Virus record (IMG/VR): IMGVR_UViG_3300025674_000290
Coordinates: 1-27,648 of that record
Source of the DNA: a virus
Taxonomy: Duplodnaviria; Caudoviricetes
Reading direction: 5' to 3' (one strand)
DNA length: 27,648 nucleotides
The notes below the pieces were generated by a model, which saw only the letters and a program-made list of their open reading frames with translations, was not told the origin of the DNA and did not search any database. The stretch's first letter is position 1; each line of letters begins with the position of its first letter. Positions 14,300 through 23,192 of this stretch are shown here, piece by piece. Both the position numbers and the translations under genes were made by a program.

Positions 14300-15229
14300 T
14301 TATGCAATTCCTCCGTAGCTGAATGATGCAGTCACTGGGTCACCCACTATACTACCGTAATCGTAATCAGTTGGTATATCAGTAATAGCAGTCTTAAAAC
14401 CTCTTTCAATAACAAGTATCTCAGCTAAGTTAGCGGGTGGTGTGTCAAAGCGTATCAGGTTACTAGCTCCTACGATTGTGTAGTCGTCCGGGTCTATGAC
14501 TGCTCCTGCTATAGTTACTAACATTGCAGTAGACGACGTAACATTAGCAGTAAATGTAAGAGCAAACTCTGTCTCACTGCCGTTTCCTGTAAACTTACTA
14601 AAGCTTGGTGGATTTCCTGTACCTGTGGTTAGACTTGATATGGCACTGTCAACGTATGACTTATTAGCTGAGTCTGACGCAGATAACGGATCGCTTACAC
14701 CTGTTAAAAGATTACCGTTAATATCAACAGAGCCTAATACCTTAGAACCGTCAAAGTCATTTAATGATCGTGTGTCTACATAGTTCTTAGTAGCTCCGTC
14801 TTGTGCGTCTACAGGATCAGCTAAGTCTTTTAAGTTTTGGTTCTGTGCAGTAAAGTCCTGACTACCTTGTATCCGTTGTATAGAAGCGTCATTCAGTTCT
14901 CCTATTTCTTCATTTAAGAAACGGTTGTGCTGGTACGCTCTATCTAGTTCACTCTCAGTAAGTACCGATCCGTTCTCAAAGTCTACAAGGTTTAAGTCAG
15001 GTTGACTCTTACGACGTACTCTTACATTGTCACCAGCGTCAACACCAGAGCTAGGAAACACACGAGTGACTCCTGATGTAGTAGATACCGTAAAGTATTC
15101 ACGAGCCAACACACTACCGTTTACTTCTACTGTTATGTGGATTTCTTCAAGGAACGGGAACGTCACGATAAAACCTGCCGTAATGTCGGAGGCTGAGACG
15201 CTGTTATAGTCTACGTAGGTGTTAGCCAT
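14300..15229 (-). CDS. gp17: Tail fibre anchor with T7 gp17-type N-terminal domain
   Basis: F-x-x-T-F-P-F-L...RVRR...VDFENGSVLTESELD; two DP...A-x-K-x-YVD repeats; follows gp16. Confidence 0.88.
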   Translation of the reverse strand: MANTYVDYNSVSASDITAGFIVTFPFLEEIHITVEVNGSVLAREYFTVSTTSGVTRVFPSSGVDAGDNVRVRRKSQPDLNLVDFENGSVLTESELDRAYQHNRFLNEEIGELNDASIQRIQGSQDFTAQNQNLKDLADPVDAQDGATKNYVDTRSLNDFDGSKVLGSVDINGNLLTGVSDPLSASDSANKSYVDSAISSLTTGTGNPPSFSKFTGNGSETEFALTFTANVTSSTAMLVTIAGAVIDPDDYTIVGASNLIRFDTPPANLAEILVIERGFKTAITDIPTDYDYGSIVGDPVTASFSYGGIA

Positions 15230-15245
15230 GATATTATATTATTAC

Positions 15246-18200
15246 TTATTGAGTGAGGAGTTCAAGCACATCTTCTGTTCTTCCTGCTTTCTTAGCTACT
15301 TTAACTTCTCGTTGTAATTGTCTAAGTTCAGGAAATTCATTTAACATTTCTTGTTTAGCTTTAGCCCTATATCTATTTATTATTCTACCTAAGTATTTAA
15401 CTCTAGGACTTGGTAAACCTGAAAAGGACGAATCATCCAATGCTTGGTATTGTTTATTTTTTATTAGTTTAGCAAGAGCTTGACGAAGTGTCATACCATT
15501 AATTCTAACTTGGGAATGCAATTCCATCCATCTGTCATGTGCTGATCTACCGTTACTTTGTTCGTATTCGGTTAGTTCAATCAACCCATCAAGTTTAGTA
15601 CTTGGTGTCGTGAAGCCGTGACCTACTCTTGCTATTTCAAACAAAACTTCATCGTCAGCTTTACCTCCCCACATGACAGGATTTAAAGGATTAATAATAC
15701 CAGCTACACCTTCAAAGTATTCCTGCACAACAGGCTCACCTAATATGTTTCTTTTTACATCTAAAGCTTCTGATATGCCCGGTATTCTTTTTTGCAACAT
15801 ATCCCAAAAGCCTCTTGTCTCTTTCATCTCCATATCACCTGCAATCGATTGACCTTGGTTAAATATGTTAGGTATAAAACCAGCAGCAACTCCTCCCGCA
15901 TATTTTGTAGCAGTTGTAGATTCAGGGTTAAAAACAAAGTCCATAAACTTATCGATACCAGCAAGATATGATTTATTCGTAGCGTTTCTAGCTAACGTAA
16001 CTCCCATAGCAGCGAATACTCGACCTAAGTTATCTGTGCTTATACTGGCTAATTTATTGTCTTCCAATAGATCAACCATATCTGCATAAATACCAATCAT
16101 AGAAGCTATAGGATCAAGTCGTTGGTAACTAATCCATTTATCCCCTACTTTAATACTGTACGGCATATTACCAGCAGCTTGCCAAGCTTGACGTTGTTTA
16201 TAATCCTTTGGTCCTCCTCCGTTGATACGGTCTTTAAAAGCAAAGACACCCGCCATCAAGGCTGTATTCATTATCACTCCTGTAGCCATTTTACCTCTAG
16301 CTTCTGCTCTTTTTAAATAATCAGGAGTACCATCAGGCTTCACAGCTTTTAACTGCTCAATAAAACTAAGTCTTGCATTTTCAGTAGCAGGTAAACCTCT
16401 TTGCCATAAATCATCAACTCGTTTCCTGTACTCTTTACTTACTCCGTATTTTACCATATTAGCACCTATGACCGCAGGATTACCCACACGACTAAATGCA
16501 AATTTCAATATGTTAGTAGGAGTACGCACAAACGGAGCTACGATGAAACCAAGATAAGGAACGGAGTTAACAACGTTTTGTACTCCCTGACCAATCTTAC
16601 CTAGCTCGCCTGAAAAAGTAACCTCTTCTGCACTTTTAACACTTGGGTCAATCCAGTCGCGAGTCAGTGCATCTAAAGCGTTGTAGTCATCTAAACCTTC
16701 TTCAATTAAACCGCTGCGTCGAGCTATCTCCAACTTTTCTGATCTAGTTTGTTCGATGTAATCATAAATTGCTTTTTCTCTGTCAGCAGGTGTATTGAAT
16801 TTTTTATTTTTAAACGTTTCGTTAGCTTCTTTAATTAAATTAGCCTCACTGAAGTTTCTGTTTGAGCGGGTCACTAGAGCATTAAGACTGTCAGTAACAT
16901 AAGTGCTTAACTCTTCAGGATCAGTAATACCTAATTCGTTTATCGCTTTATTTATTAACTGTGACTTAGCCCTCGATCTATACTCATAAAACTTAAACAT
17001 CTGATCGGCTGATGTGTTAAAGCGGTTCGGAAACCTAATTAAATTACCCATGAAGTCTATAAAGCCTTTAACGGAATCACTTTCAATTTGTTTTCCCAGC
17101 ACCTCTTCAACATTGCGAGCTGTGATAGAACCAACACTACCTGTAGACTGTTCAGCAAAAGCAGACCGAGCGTCGCCTATATAATGGTCGCCTGACTTCC
17201 ATGCTTTTAACATAAAACGTAACAGGTCGCTCATTTCTGATGTAGTACTCCAAGAATGAATAGCAGCCATTCTTTGGTTAGGGTTACCCGATAAAAAGCC
17301 TCCTACATTTCTTTCAAATTGTTTCACCATTGCCGCCAAACCTGTACCTCCAAAATTGATTGTTAAAGTACGTGGTCCCCACATTAAAGAGTTTTTGTAG
17401 TACTCCTCAACCATTTTTGTCAGCTTCCCACCTTCTGTGCCTCGGTTGATTTTATTGAGGTTAATCATAGCATTCCACACGTCGTCACCTGCTTTATCTT
17501 TAGCTAACAAAATGTTTTCAACAATCTCATCGATAGTCATAGACCCACGCTTATTCAAGTAGTCCTGACGTAGTTTCTGGTTAGCTATCTCATTAGGACT
17601 TAATCCCATACGGACACCCATCTGTCTTGATTTTAAACCTCTACCAAAACCACTGGCTAATCCTGAAGCGTTAGCTTGTATGTGTAGTTGTTGCTCCAAT
17701 AAACCTCTCAATCGTGCCTCTAAAGTCTCAGCTTCCTCCACTGACATTTTCTTCCCATCAGCTTTAAACCTTTCAGCAGTTCTTATTATTTCCGCTCCGT
17801 TTTCTGTAAGCAATGTTTCAAGAGCCTTCATTCTAGAAGCAACACGAAATAATGTAGTTCTGTCTTTTTCTGATTGTCTTAATAAACCATTTACCATTTG
17901 ACCGTCACTACCAAAAGCATCTGCAAATTCATTTACAACGCCTTCGTTAAGTACATCTTCGGTCATTGTTTCTAACTGTTTAGGATCGCTTTTTAGTATC
18001 TTATCGGTCAAAGCATCCATTAACTCCGTTAAATCATCGATATACATACCGTCAGGAAGTTCTGAGATTGAACGAGCTAAACCTGTTAACGCTTGTCTTC
18101 CTCCTACAGTTAGTTTTGATACATCTATTTTACTTAACAATCTATCAACAACATCGCCACTAGGTTTGAACTCAGGTAATTCTGCGAACATTCCATCAGG

Positions 18201-19979
18201 TCTTAACGAAGTTTGTCTTTGGATTGTTACGTTCCTTTGCTGTAAAAAGTCATTGAATATCTTCTGTCTTTGGTCGATTCCAAGTTTTGACTTTAAAGAT
18301 ATAAACATATCCTTGAAGAACATCGCTACTTCATGTGCTATCTTTTGTAGTCTTGTTTTGGGAGCAGCTTCTAGTTCGTCTGACTTTTTAAACCAAGCAT
18401 CAGTCATTTCTTCAGCAAAGTATTCGTCGATGTCTTTAAAGCGATAATTTCTACTATTAAAACCACCGGGCTTTGCCTCTAAGAATTTACGTAGTTCGTC
18501 AGGAAGTTCTCTCTTTAACAAACTAGCTGGGTCTACTCCTTCCTCAAATTCAATACCAAAACTTTTTATATAATTATCACGTTCTCTTTGGAACTCTTTA
18601 GTAAGTTTTGTTAAGTCTTCTTCAGGAAGATAACGACTAAGACTATGCCACAATTCGTGTATAGCTGTTCTTTTTATCCGTCCTTCATCAATAGCAGACT
18701 GCCTTATCTTTAAAAGATTACTTCCAAATACATAGCGACCATCACCCGGTATATCATTAGCAAAAGATGGTTTAGCCACATCCTCAAACAGCCTCTCACC
18801 CATGACCGTCATAAATTTACGTATATCTTCTATATCAGTACGGTCGGCTTTTTTAAACGTTTCTAATTTAGACCAAGCGTCCTTTATGTTTTCAACGCCT
18901 CTAGGTTGTAGGTCTAAACGTCCTGCTTGATCGTAGCTTTTGAATGGAGGTATGCGATCTTCTAGTACTTCCTCTAAGTCCCAAGTCTGTATATCTACAT
19001 CCAAGTCTTCTAGCTTTTCCTGTAATTCAGGTTGTTCTTCAAAAGACTTTCTAGCTTTTAATCTATCAAGCTTTTCTTCGTTACGTTTTAAATCCTCAGT
19101 AAACTTTTTAACACGATCTTGTCGTAAACCTTTCATCCATTCATCAATAGGTTCACCTTTAGCTTCTTTCTTTAGAATCTCATCTAAATCTTTTTGTTCA
19201 TCCGCTATTGCTTTTTTATCTATTTCAATATCACGTATTAAACTGACTTCGTCGTCGATAGCTCTAAAGTCTGGTAGGTCGGCAACATCTAAATCTTTTG
19301 TATCATCCTGCCACCTCATCATTGCAGTGGTTGTAGCGTCTGCTTTATTAGCACCTTTCTGAAGTTCGTTTGATCGTGTCTTAATAGCATTAACACTTGC
19401 CATGAACGGTTTCAGCACAGCAACCATACCTGCTTCCAACAATACACCTTCGATGACATTTTTTAAACGCCCTACTAATTCGTTGTCGTCGGGGTTAGCT
19501 TCTAAATATTCAGTTACTGGATTCTGTAGTTCAGGAAATTGTTGTATAAGATTAGATAGGCGTTGTTCTTGTCCATCGAATGCTACAAAATCAGAAGCCA
19601 TTGAAGCCGTAAAAAATCCTTTAGCATTAAGATCAGATATATAACCAGTCTTTTTTCCTTTTGTTAAAGCTGTTGCAATTTTACCTGCTTTAGTAGCTTT
19701 ACCAGCTAAGCTTATACCTTTACTAATCGCACCAAACGGAACAACAAACTGACTAATGCCTTCTATCAACTGTCCGGGTAATGTCTCTGACCTTCCAAAT
19801 AAACGTTGTTCGTCCCAATCGGGAAGCATATCAAAAGAAAGAAAATCACCTAAGTTATAAACACCGTGAGCTAACCCTTCTAAACCTCGTACTGGAGCAG
19901 CAAACGCATCCAGCATATAATCAGTAACACCTAGTTCTTTGTCCTCTACAGGATTAAATTCAATACCTTCAAACTTCAT
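15246..19979 (-). CDS. gp16: Internal virion (ejection) protein D, gp16-like, with an internal HEXXH metallopeptidase domain
   Basis: 1577 aa in the gp16 position; PFVRTPTNI and YQRLDP motifs; HELWH...DEYFAE. Confidence 0.8.
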   Translation of the reverse strand: MKFEGIEFNPVEDKELGVTDYMLDAFAAPVRGLEGLAHGVYNLGDFLSFDMLPDWDEQRLFGRSETLPGQLIEGISQFVVPFGAISKGISLAGKATKAGKIATALTKGKKTGYISDLNAKGFFTASMASDFVAFDGQEQRLSNLIQQFPELQNPVTEYLEANPDDNELVGRLKNVIEGVLLEAGMVAVLKPFMASVNAIKTRSNELQKGANKADATTTAMMRWQDDTKDLDVADLPDFRAIDDEVSLIRDIEIDKKAIADEQKDLDEILKKEAKGEPIDEWMKGLRQDRVKKFTEDLKRNEEKLDRLKARKSFEEQPELQEKLEDLDVDIQTWDLEEVLEDRIPPFKSYDQAGRLDLQPRGVENIKDAWSKLETFKKADRTDIEDIRKFMTVMGERLFEDVAKPSFANDIPGDGRYVFGSNLLKIRQSAIDEGRIKRTAIHELWHSLSRYLPEEDLTKLTKEFQRERDNYIKSFGIEFEEGVDPASLLKRELPDELRKFLEAKPGGFNSRNYRFKDIDEYFAEEMTDAWFKKSDELEAAPKTRLQKIAHEVAMFFKDMFISLKSKLGIDQRQKIFNDFLQQRNVTIQRQTSLRPDGMFAELPEFKPSGDVVDRLLSKIDVSKLTVGGRQALTGLARSISELPDGMYIDDLTELMDALTDKILKSDPKQLETMTEDVLNEGVVNEFADAFGSDGQMVNGLLRQSEKDRTTLFRVASRMKALETLLTENGAEIIRTAERFKADGKKMSVEEAETLEARLRGLLEQQLHIQANASGLASGFGRGLKSRQMGVRMGLSPNEIANQKLRQDYLNKRGSMTIDEIVENILLAKDKAGDDVWNAMINLNKINRGTEGGKLTKMVEEYYKNSLMWGPRTLTINFGGTGLAAMVKQFERNVGGFLSGNPNQRMAAIHSWSTTSEMSDLLRFMLKAWKSGDHYIGDARSAFAEQSTGSVGSITARNVEEVLGKQIESDSVKGFIDFMGNLIRFPNRFNTSADQMFKFYEYRSRAKSQLINKAINELGITDPEELSTYVTDSLNALVTRSNRNFSEANLIKEANETFKNKKFNTPADREKAIYDYIEQTRSEKLEIARRSGLIEEGLDDYNALDALTRDWIDPSVKSAEEVTFSGELGKIGQGVQNVVNSVPYLGFIVAPFVRTPTNILKFAFSRVGNPAVIGANMVKYGVSKEYRKRVDDLWQRGLPATENARLSFIEQLKAVKPDGTPDYLKRAEARGKMATGVIMNTALMAGVFAFKDRINGGGPKDYKQRQAWQAAGNMPYSIKVGDKWISYQRLDPIASMIGIYADMVDLLEDNKLASISTDNLGRVFAAMGVTLARNATNKSYLAGIDKFMDFVFNPESTTATKYAGGVAAGFIPNIFNQGQSIAGDMEMKETRGFWDMLQKRIPGISEALDVKRNILGEPVVQEYFEGVAGIINPLNPVMWGGKADDEVLFEIARVGHGFTTPSTKLDGLIELTEYEQSNGRSAHDRWMELHSQVRINGMTLRQALAKLIKNKQYQALDDSSFSGLPSPRVKYLGRIINRYRAKAKQEMLNEFPELRQLQREVKVAKKAGRTEDVLELLTQ

Positions 19980-22243
19980 CTTTTTTCGTAAAGTGCTTTT
20001 TGTTGTGTTATAAATTCCTTAATTAAAGGATCAGGGTCAGCTTTAGCGTCGTATTCAAGAGAAGTGTCATACAACGTGTTAAACAGTTTGTAAACATCCG
20101 ATGCATCTTGGTCTTGTCCTGAAAGTAAACGTGTTAAACGTTCTTTACTAAACAACGGAAAAACTAAAGACGCATCTTGTAAAGCTTTTTTATCAATGGG
20201 TATTTCTACTTCTTGAGCTGCTCTTGTTTCAATGATGGCTCCTCTTTTGTAAGCTCCTATTGGACCTGCTACTATTTTTTCCCCATCTCGTTTTGCTTGT
20301 GTATATAAAGCTCTTTCTGTGAAAGCTGGTATTGTAAAAGTTACTTTACCTCTTTTTATATTAGTTTCGCTATATACGTCCTCAGCACCTTTAGCCAACA
20401 GATAAACTAACAAACTACGTCTTGATGTTTCTTTCTGTTCGGGGGAAGCACCCGTTGATCGTAGCACATTATAAGCGTTTGTTATAGGATTCCCGCCTTT
20501 TATCGTAAGCCCCGTTGAATACCTAAAACCCGATGTTTCTAACTTTTTAGCTATTTCTTTCGCTTCCTTAAAGTTACCTTTTTGAAAAGCTAATTCTATA
20601 TCGTAAAAACTCTTACCAAAAAACGGAACTAAATCTTCAATCTTTTCTCCCGGTTTTATAATTGAAGTAGGCTCTTCTTTATCTGTTGTTAAAACATCAC
20701 TAGCACGTTGTAAGGTCTTCTTTTCTTGTAATATTTTTTCTAACTCCTGCCTGTACTCTTCTGCATATACTTCGTTGAACGCTACTAAAGCATTAAATTG
20801 CTCGTTTACATTTGCCCCTGTAACTCTTTCACCTTTAGTGTTAATATAAGAACCTTGTGCAATCTCCTGTGCTTTGCGTGTGCTTTTAAAAACATACTCA
20901 GATTCTAAATTAGTTGCTAGAGCACGTAGTGCAGGATTAATTTTAGCGGGTTCAAGACCATCTTCCCCTCCTTGTAGATACTCAGGTTTAGTTAGCACAG
21001 AATCCTGTACATTTCGTAGTTGCATACCTATGCCTAGCCGAACTTGTTGCAGCTGATTCATCAAAACAACACCGGCTTCTTCGTTCGTCATAGATTCAGC
21101 TCCAGTGTAGGATTGTTTTAACGCAGCAAAAAGTTGTGCTTGAGCATATGGGTTATTCATACCTGCTGCTCGTTCGTTAATTAAAGCTGTGTATTGTTCT
21201 TTGGATGTAATTTCCGTACCGTCGTCTAGCTGGTATGTGCGTCCTTGTGACAAAGCGAAAGCCACTTGACCTGCCTCGGCTGACACATCTACTAAAAACT
21301 CGGCTGCATCTCGTTGTTGTTTATTTTCAGAAAGATCAGCAGCTTTTTCTACTTCTTCTCTTATATCAGCAACTTCCGACGTATACTCTGCAAATAAATC
21401 TGTAACAACTTTCCCATCTCCTAAAGTACGTTGTCCTACTGGTAAGTATCGTTCAGCATAATCTAAAAACTCTGTAGCTGCTTCTTCATTACCATCTGTA
21501 GCGTGACGTACAGCCACGTCCTTTATAAGTTTAATTAACTCTGCGGGTCTAAATGTAGCTTGGTTTTTGTCCCACCACTCATCAATTTCACCGTAAGTAT
21601 CGGGAGTAGAGGACGCTTCATACAAGGCAGATTCACCGTGCAGCAATACATTTTGATTAGCTTGATTATTTTTAATCGTGTCGTACTGTAAAGAAGCTTT
21701 TTGATTTAACCCCCTGATAGACACGTCAAATCCACGCTTAACTGTAGGATCGGTTATTTCAAAATCATCCACCATCCCTTGGTAAACACGATCAATAACA
21801 GCTTGTGTTGTTTCTAAAGTATTAGATTTTTGTAGCTCAGTATTTAATCTTAACTGATACTCGTCGTGATACCTTGCACCCGCTGCTTCTCTTACGGCTT
21901 CTTGATTCCAAGGGTTTCCTAAAAATGGTATTTTGTTAGTTCTAACTTGAGTTCCATATTTTTCCTTGTTTTCTTTTACAAGCGAGTGAACCTCATCAAA
22001 ACTCAACTTCTCAATATCTTCTATAGCTTTCTGCTCACGTATTTCTCCTATATCTTTAGCAACCGCAAGACCTTGCACTGTTAGACCTAAAGCTTGTGAT
22101 AGTTTACCTATACCCGTTTCTTGCCACGGGATTGCTTGCTGTACTTGTACTGGAGTAGTTCCGTAAGATGTAGGTATAGTTGGAGATAACTGCTGCACAG
22201 CTCCTAATAATCCTGTTACGGGTTCTCTTCCTTTAGTAGTCAT
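19976..22243 (-). CDS. gp15: Internal virion protein C, gp15-like
   Basis: 755 aa, helical composition, between gp14-like and gp16-like genes; assigned mainly by synteny and size. Confidence 0.7.
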   Translation of the reverse strand: MTTKGREPVTGLLGAVQQLSPTIPTSYGTTPVQVQQAIPWQETGIGKLSQALGLTVQGLAVAKDIGEIREQKAIEDIEKLSFDEVHSLVKENKEKYGTQVRTNKIPFLGNPWNQEAVREAAGARYHDEYQLRLNTELQKSNTLETTQAVIDRVYQGMVDDFEITDPTVKRGFDVSIRGLNQKASLQYDTIKNNQANQNVLLHGESALYEASSTPDTYGEIDEWWDKNQATFRPAELIKLIKDVAVRHATDGNEEAATEFLDYAERYLPVGQRTLGDGKVVTDLFAEYTSEVADIREEVEKAADLSENKQQRDAAEFLVDVSAEAGQVAFALSQGRTYQLDDGTEITSKEQYTALINERAAGMNNPYAQAQLFAALKQSYTGAESMTNEEAGVVLMNQLQQVRLGIGMQLRNVQDSVLTKPEYLQGGEDGLEPAKINPALRALATNLESEYVFKSTRKAQEIAQGSYINTKGERVTGANVNEQFNALVAFNEVYAEEYRQELEKILQEKKTLQRASDVLTTDKEEPTSIIKPGEKIEDLVPFFGKSFYDIELAFQKGNFKEAKEIAKKLETSGFRYSTGLTIKGGNPITNAYNVLRSTGASPEQKETSRRSLLVYLLAKGAEDVYSETNIKRGKVTFTIPAFTERALYTQAKRDGEKIVAGPIGAYKRGAIIETRAAQEVEIPIDKKALQDASLVFPLFSKERLTRLLSGQDQDASDVYKLFNTLYDTSLEYDAKADPDPLIKEFITQQKALYEKR

Positions 22244-22245
22244 AA

Positions 22246-22749
22246 CTATGATGCAAATGTTTTATAAGCCATACCTGCCTTAACGGCTGTATCCAAAGTA
22301 CTTATGAATGGATCAGGTGGGGTAAGTGGTTTATTAATGCGAACCATATTTTGCGTATAAGCAAATCCCATCTCTTCCTGTTGCAACTGTTGACCAACAT
22401 CTATTCGTTCTTGTTGTCTAGTTGCTACTTCTCGCAGTCTGCCATATTGTGCCATTAAATCCTGTTCGTCTGCTTCTGTTATACCTACTTGCTCAGAACG
22501 TCTTGCTGTCTGTGTTGCCATTAACGCACGATTTTGTAAAGCTGCTAATTCTGCTCTGCGGGCTGCTTCTTCTTTTTGTTGTTGTGCTGCTAAGTTGGAA
22601 GCCGTGTATTGTTTTAAAGTTTGTTGTCTTTGTATCTCGGACGCTCTAGCTTGCATGGCTTTTTGCATTTTGTACGCTTGACGTTGAGCTGCAAATTGAA
22701 GCCCTCCTTGTACGCCTACTGCTGTTGCCATTAATCCGGGTGAACACAT
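22246..22749 (-). CDS. gp14: Internal virion protein B, gp14-like
   Basis: From ATG 22749: MCSP start, then a hydrophobic stretch and a Q/A-rich helix. Confidence 0.75.
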   Translation of the reverse strand: MCSPGLMATAVGVQGGLQFAAQRQAYKMQKAMQARASEIQRQQTLKQYTASNLAAQQQKEEAARRAELAALQNRALMATQTARRSEQVGITEADEQDLMAQYGRLREVATRQQERIDVGQQLQQEEMGFAYTQNMVRINKPLTPPDPFISTLDTAVKAGMAYKTFAS

Positions 22750-22754
22750 ATCGT

Positions 22755-23192
22755 TTACTTCCTCTCTAATATAAATGACATATACCCGTCGTACTGGCAA
22801 TCGTTAAACTCTGCACCCAACCACTTCAACCACCTCATACTCAACGTATTAGTCTTCATTACCACGTTAGTCAGATAGTCAAACCCCATCATCATCTCAT
22901 CTACCCACTTCTGTGAGTTCTTGACAAAATACTTCTTAGCACCTGCGAGTCGTCGTGTTCCTAACAACCAAACAACCCCGACGTTCTCACAAGGACTGAC
23001 ACCAAAGCTACAGTATAAACCGTCGTTGTCCCGTAGTGAATAACACTTACTGCTTGTTTGAAACGATATGTTAACAGCGTCCTTTGGGTGATGCATAAGG
23101 CCGATACACTCCATCATGTCCTCTTCCCTCATGTCGTCGTACAACTCAAAGGCATCCATATCAGGTTGTGCTTCTTCTATTCTAAGACCCAT
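22755..23192 (-). CDS. gp13: gp13-like protein (GNAT-like fold)
   Basis: From ATG 23192: MREEDMMEC, VWLLGT, LTNVV...N...RWLKWLGAEF; follows tail tubular B. Confidence 0.8.
   Translation of the reverse strand: MGLRIEEAQPDMDAFELYDDMREEDMMECIGLMHHPKDAVNISFQTSSKCYSLRDNDGLYCSFGVSPCENVGVVWLLGTRRLAGAKKYFVKNSQKWVDEMMMGFDYLTNVVMKTNTLSMRWLKWLGAEFNDCQYDGYMSFILERK

Noticed and set aside
15245-15265. T7-like promoter (CTCACT) upstream of gp17
   Set aside because: Only a 6-nt match, explained by the last gp16 codons; no matching longer copies found at other late genes.
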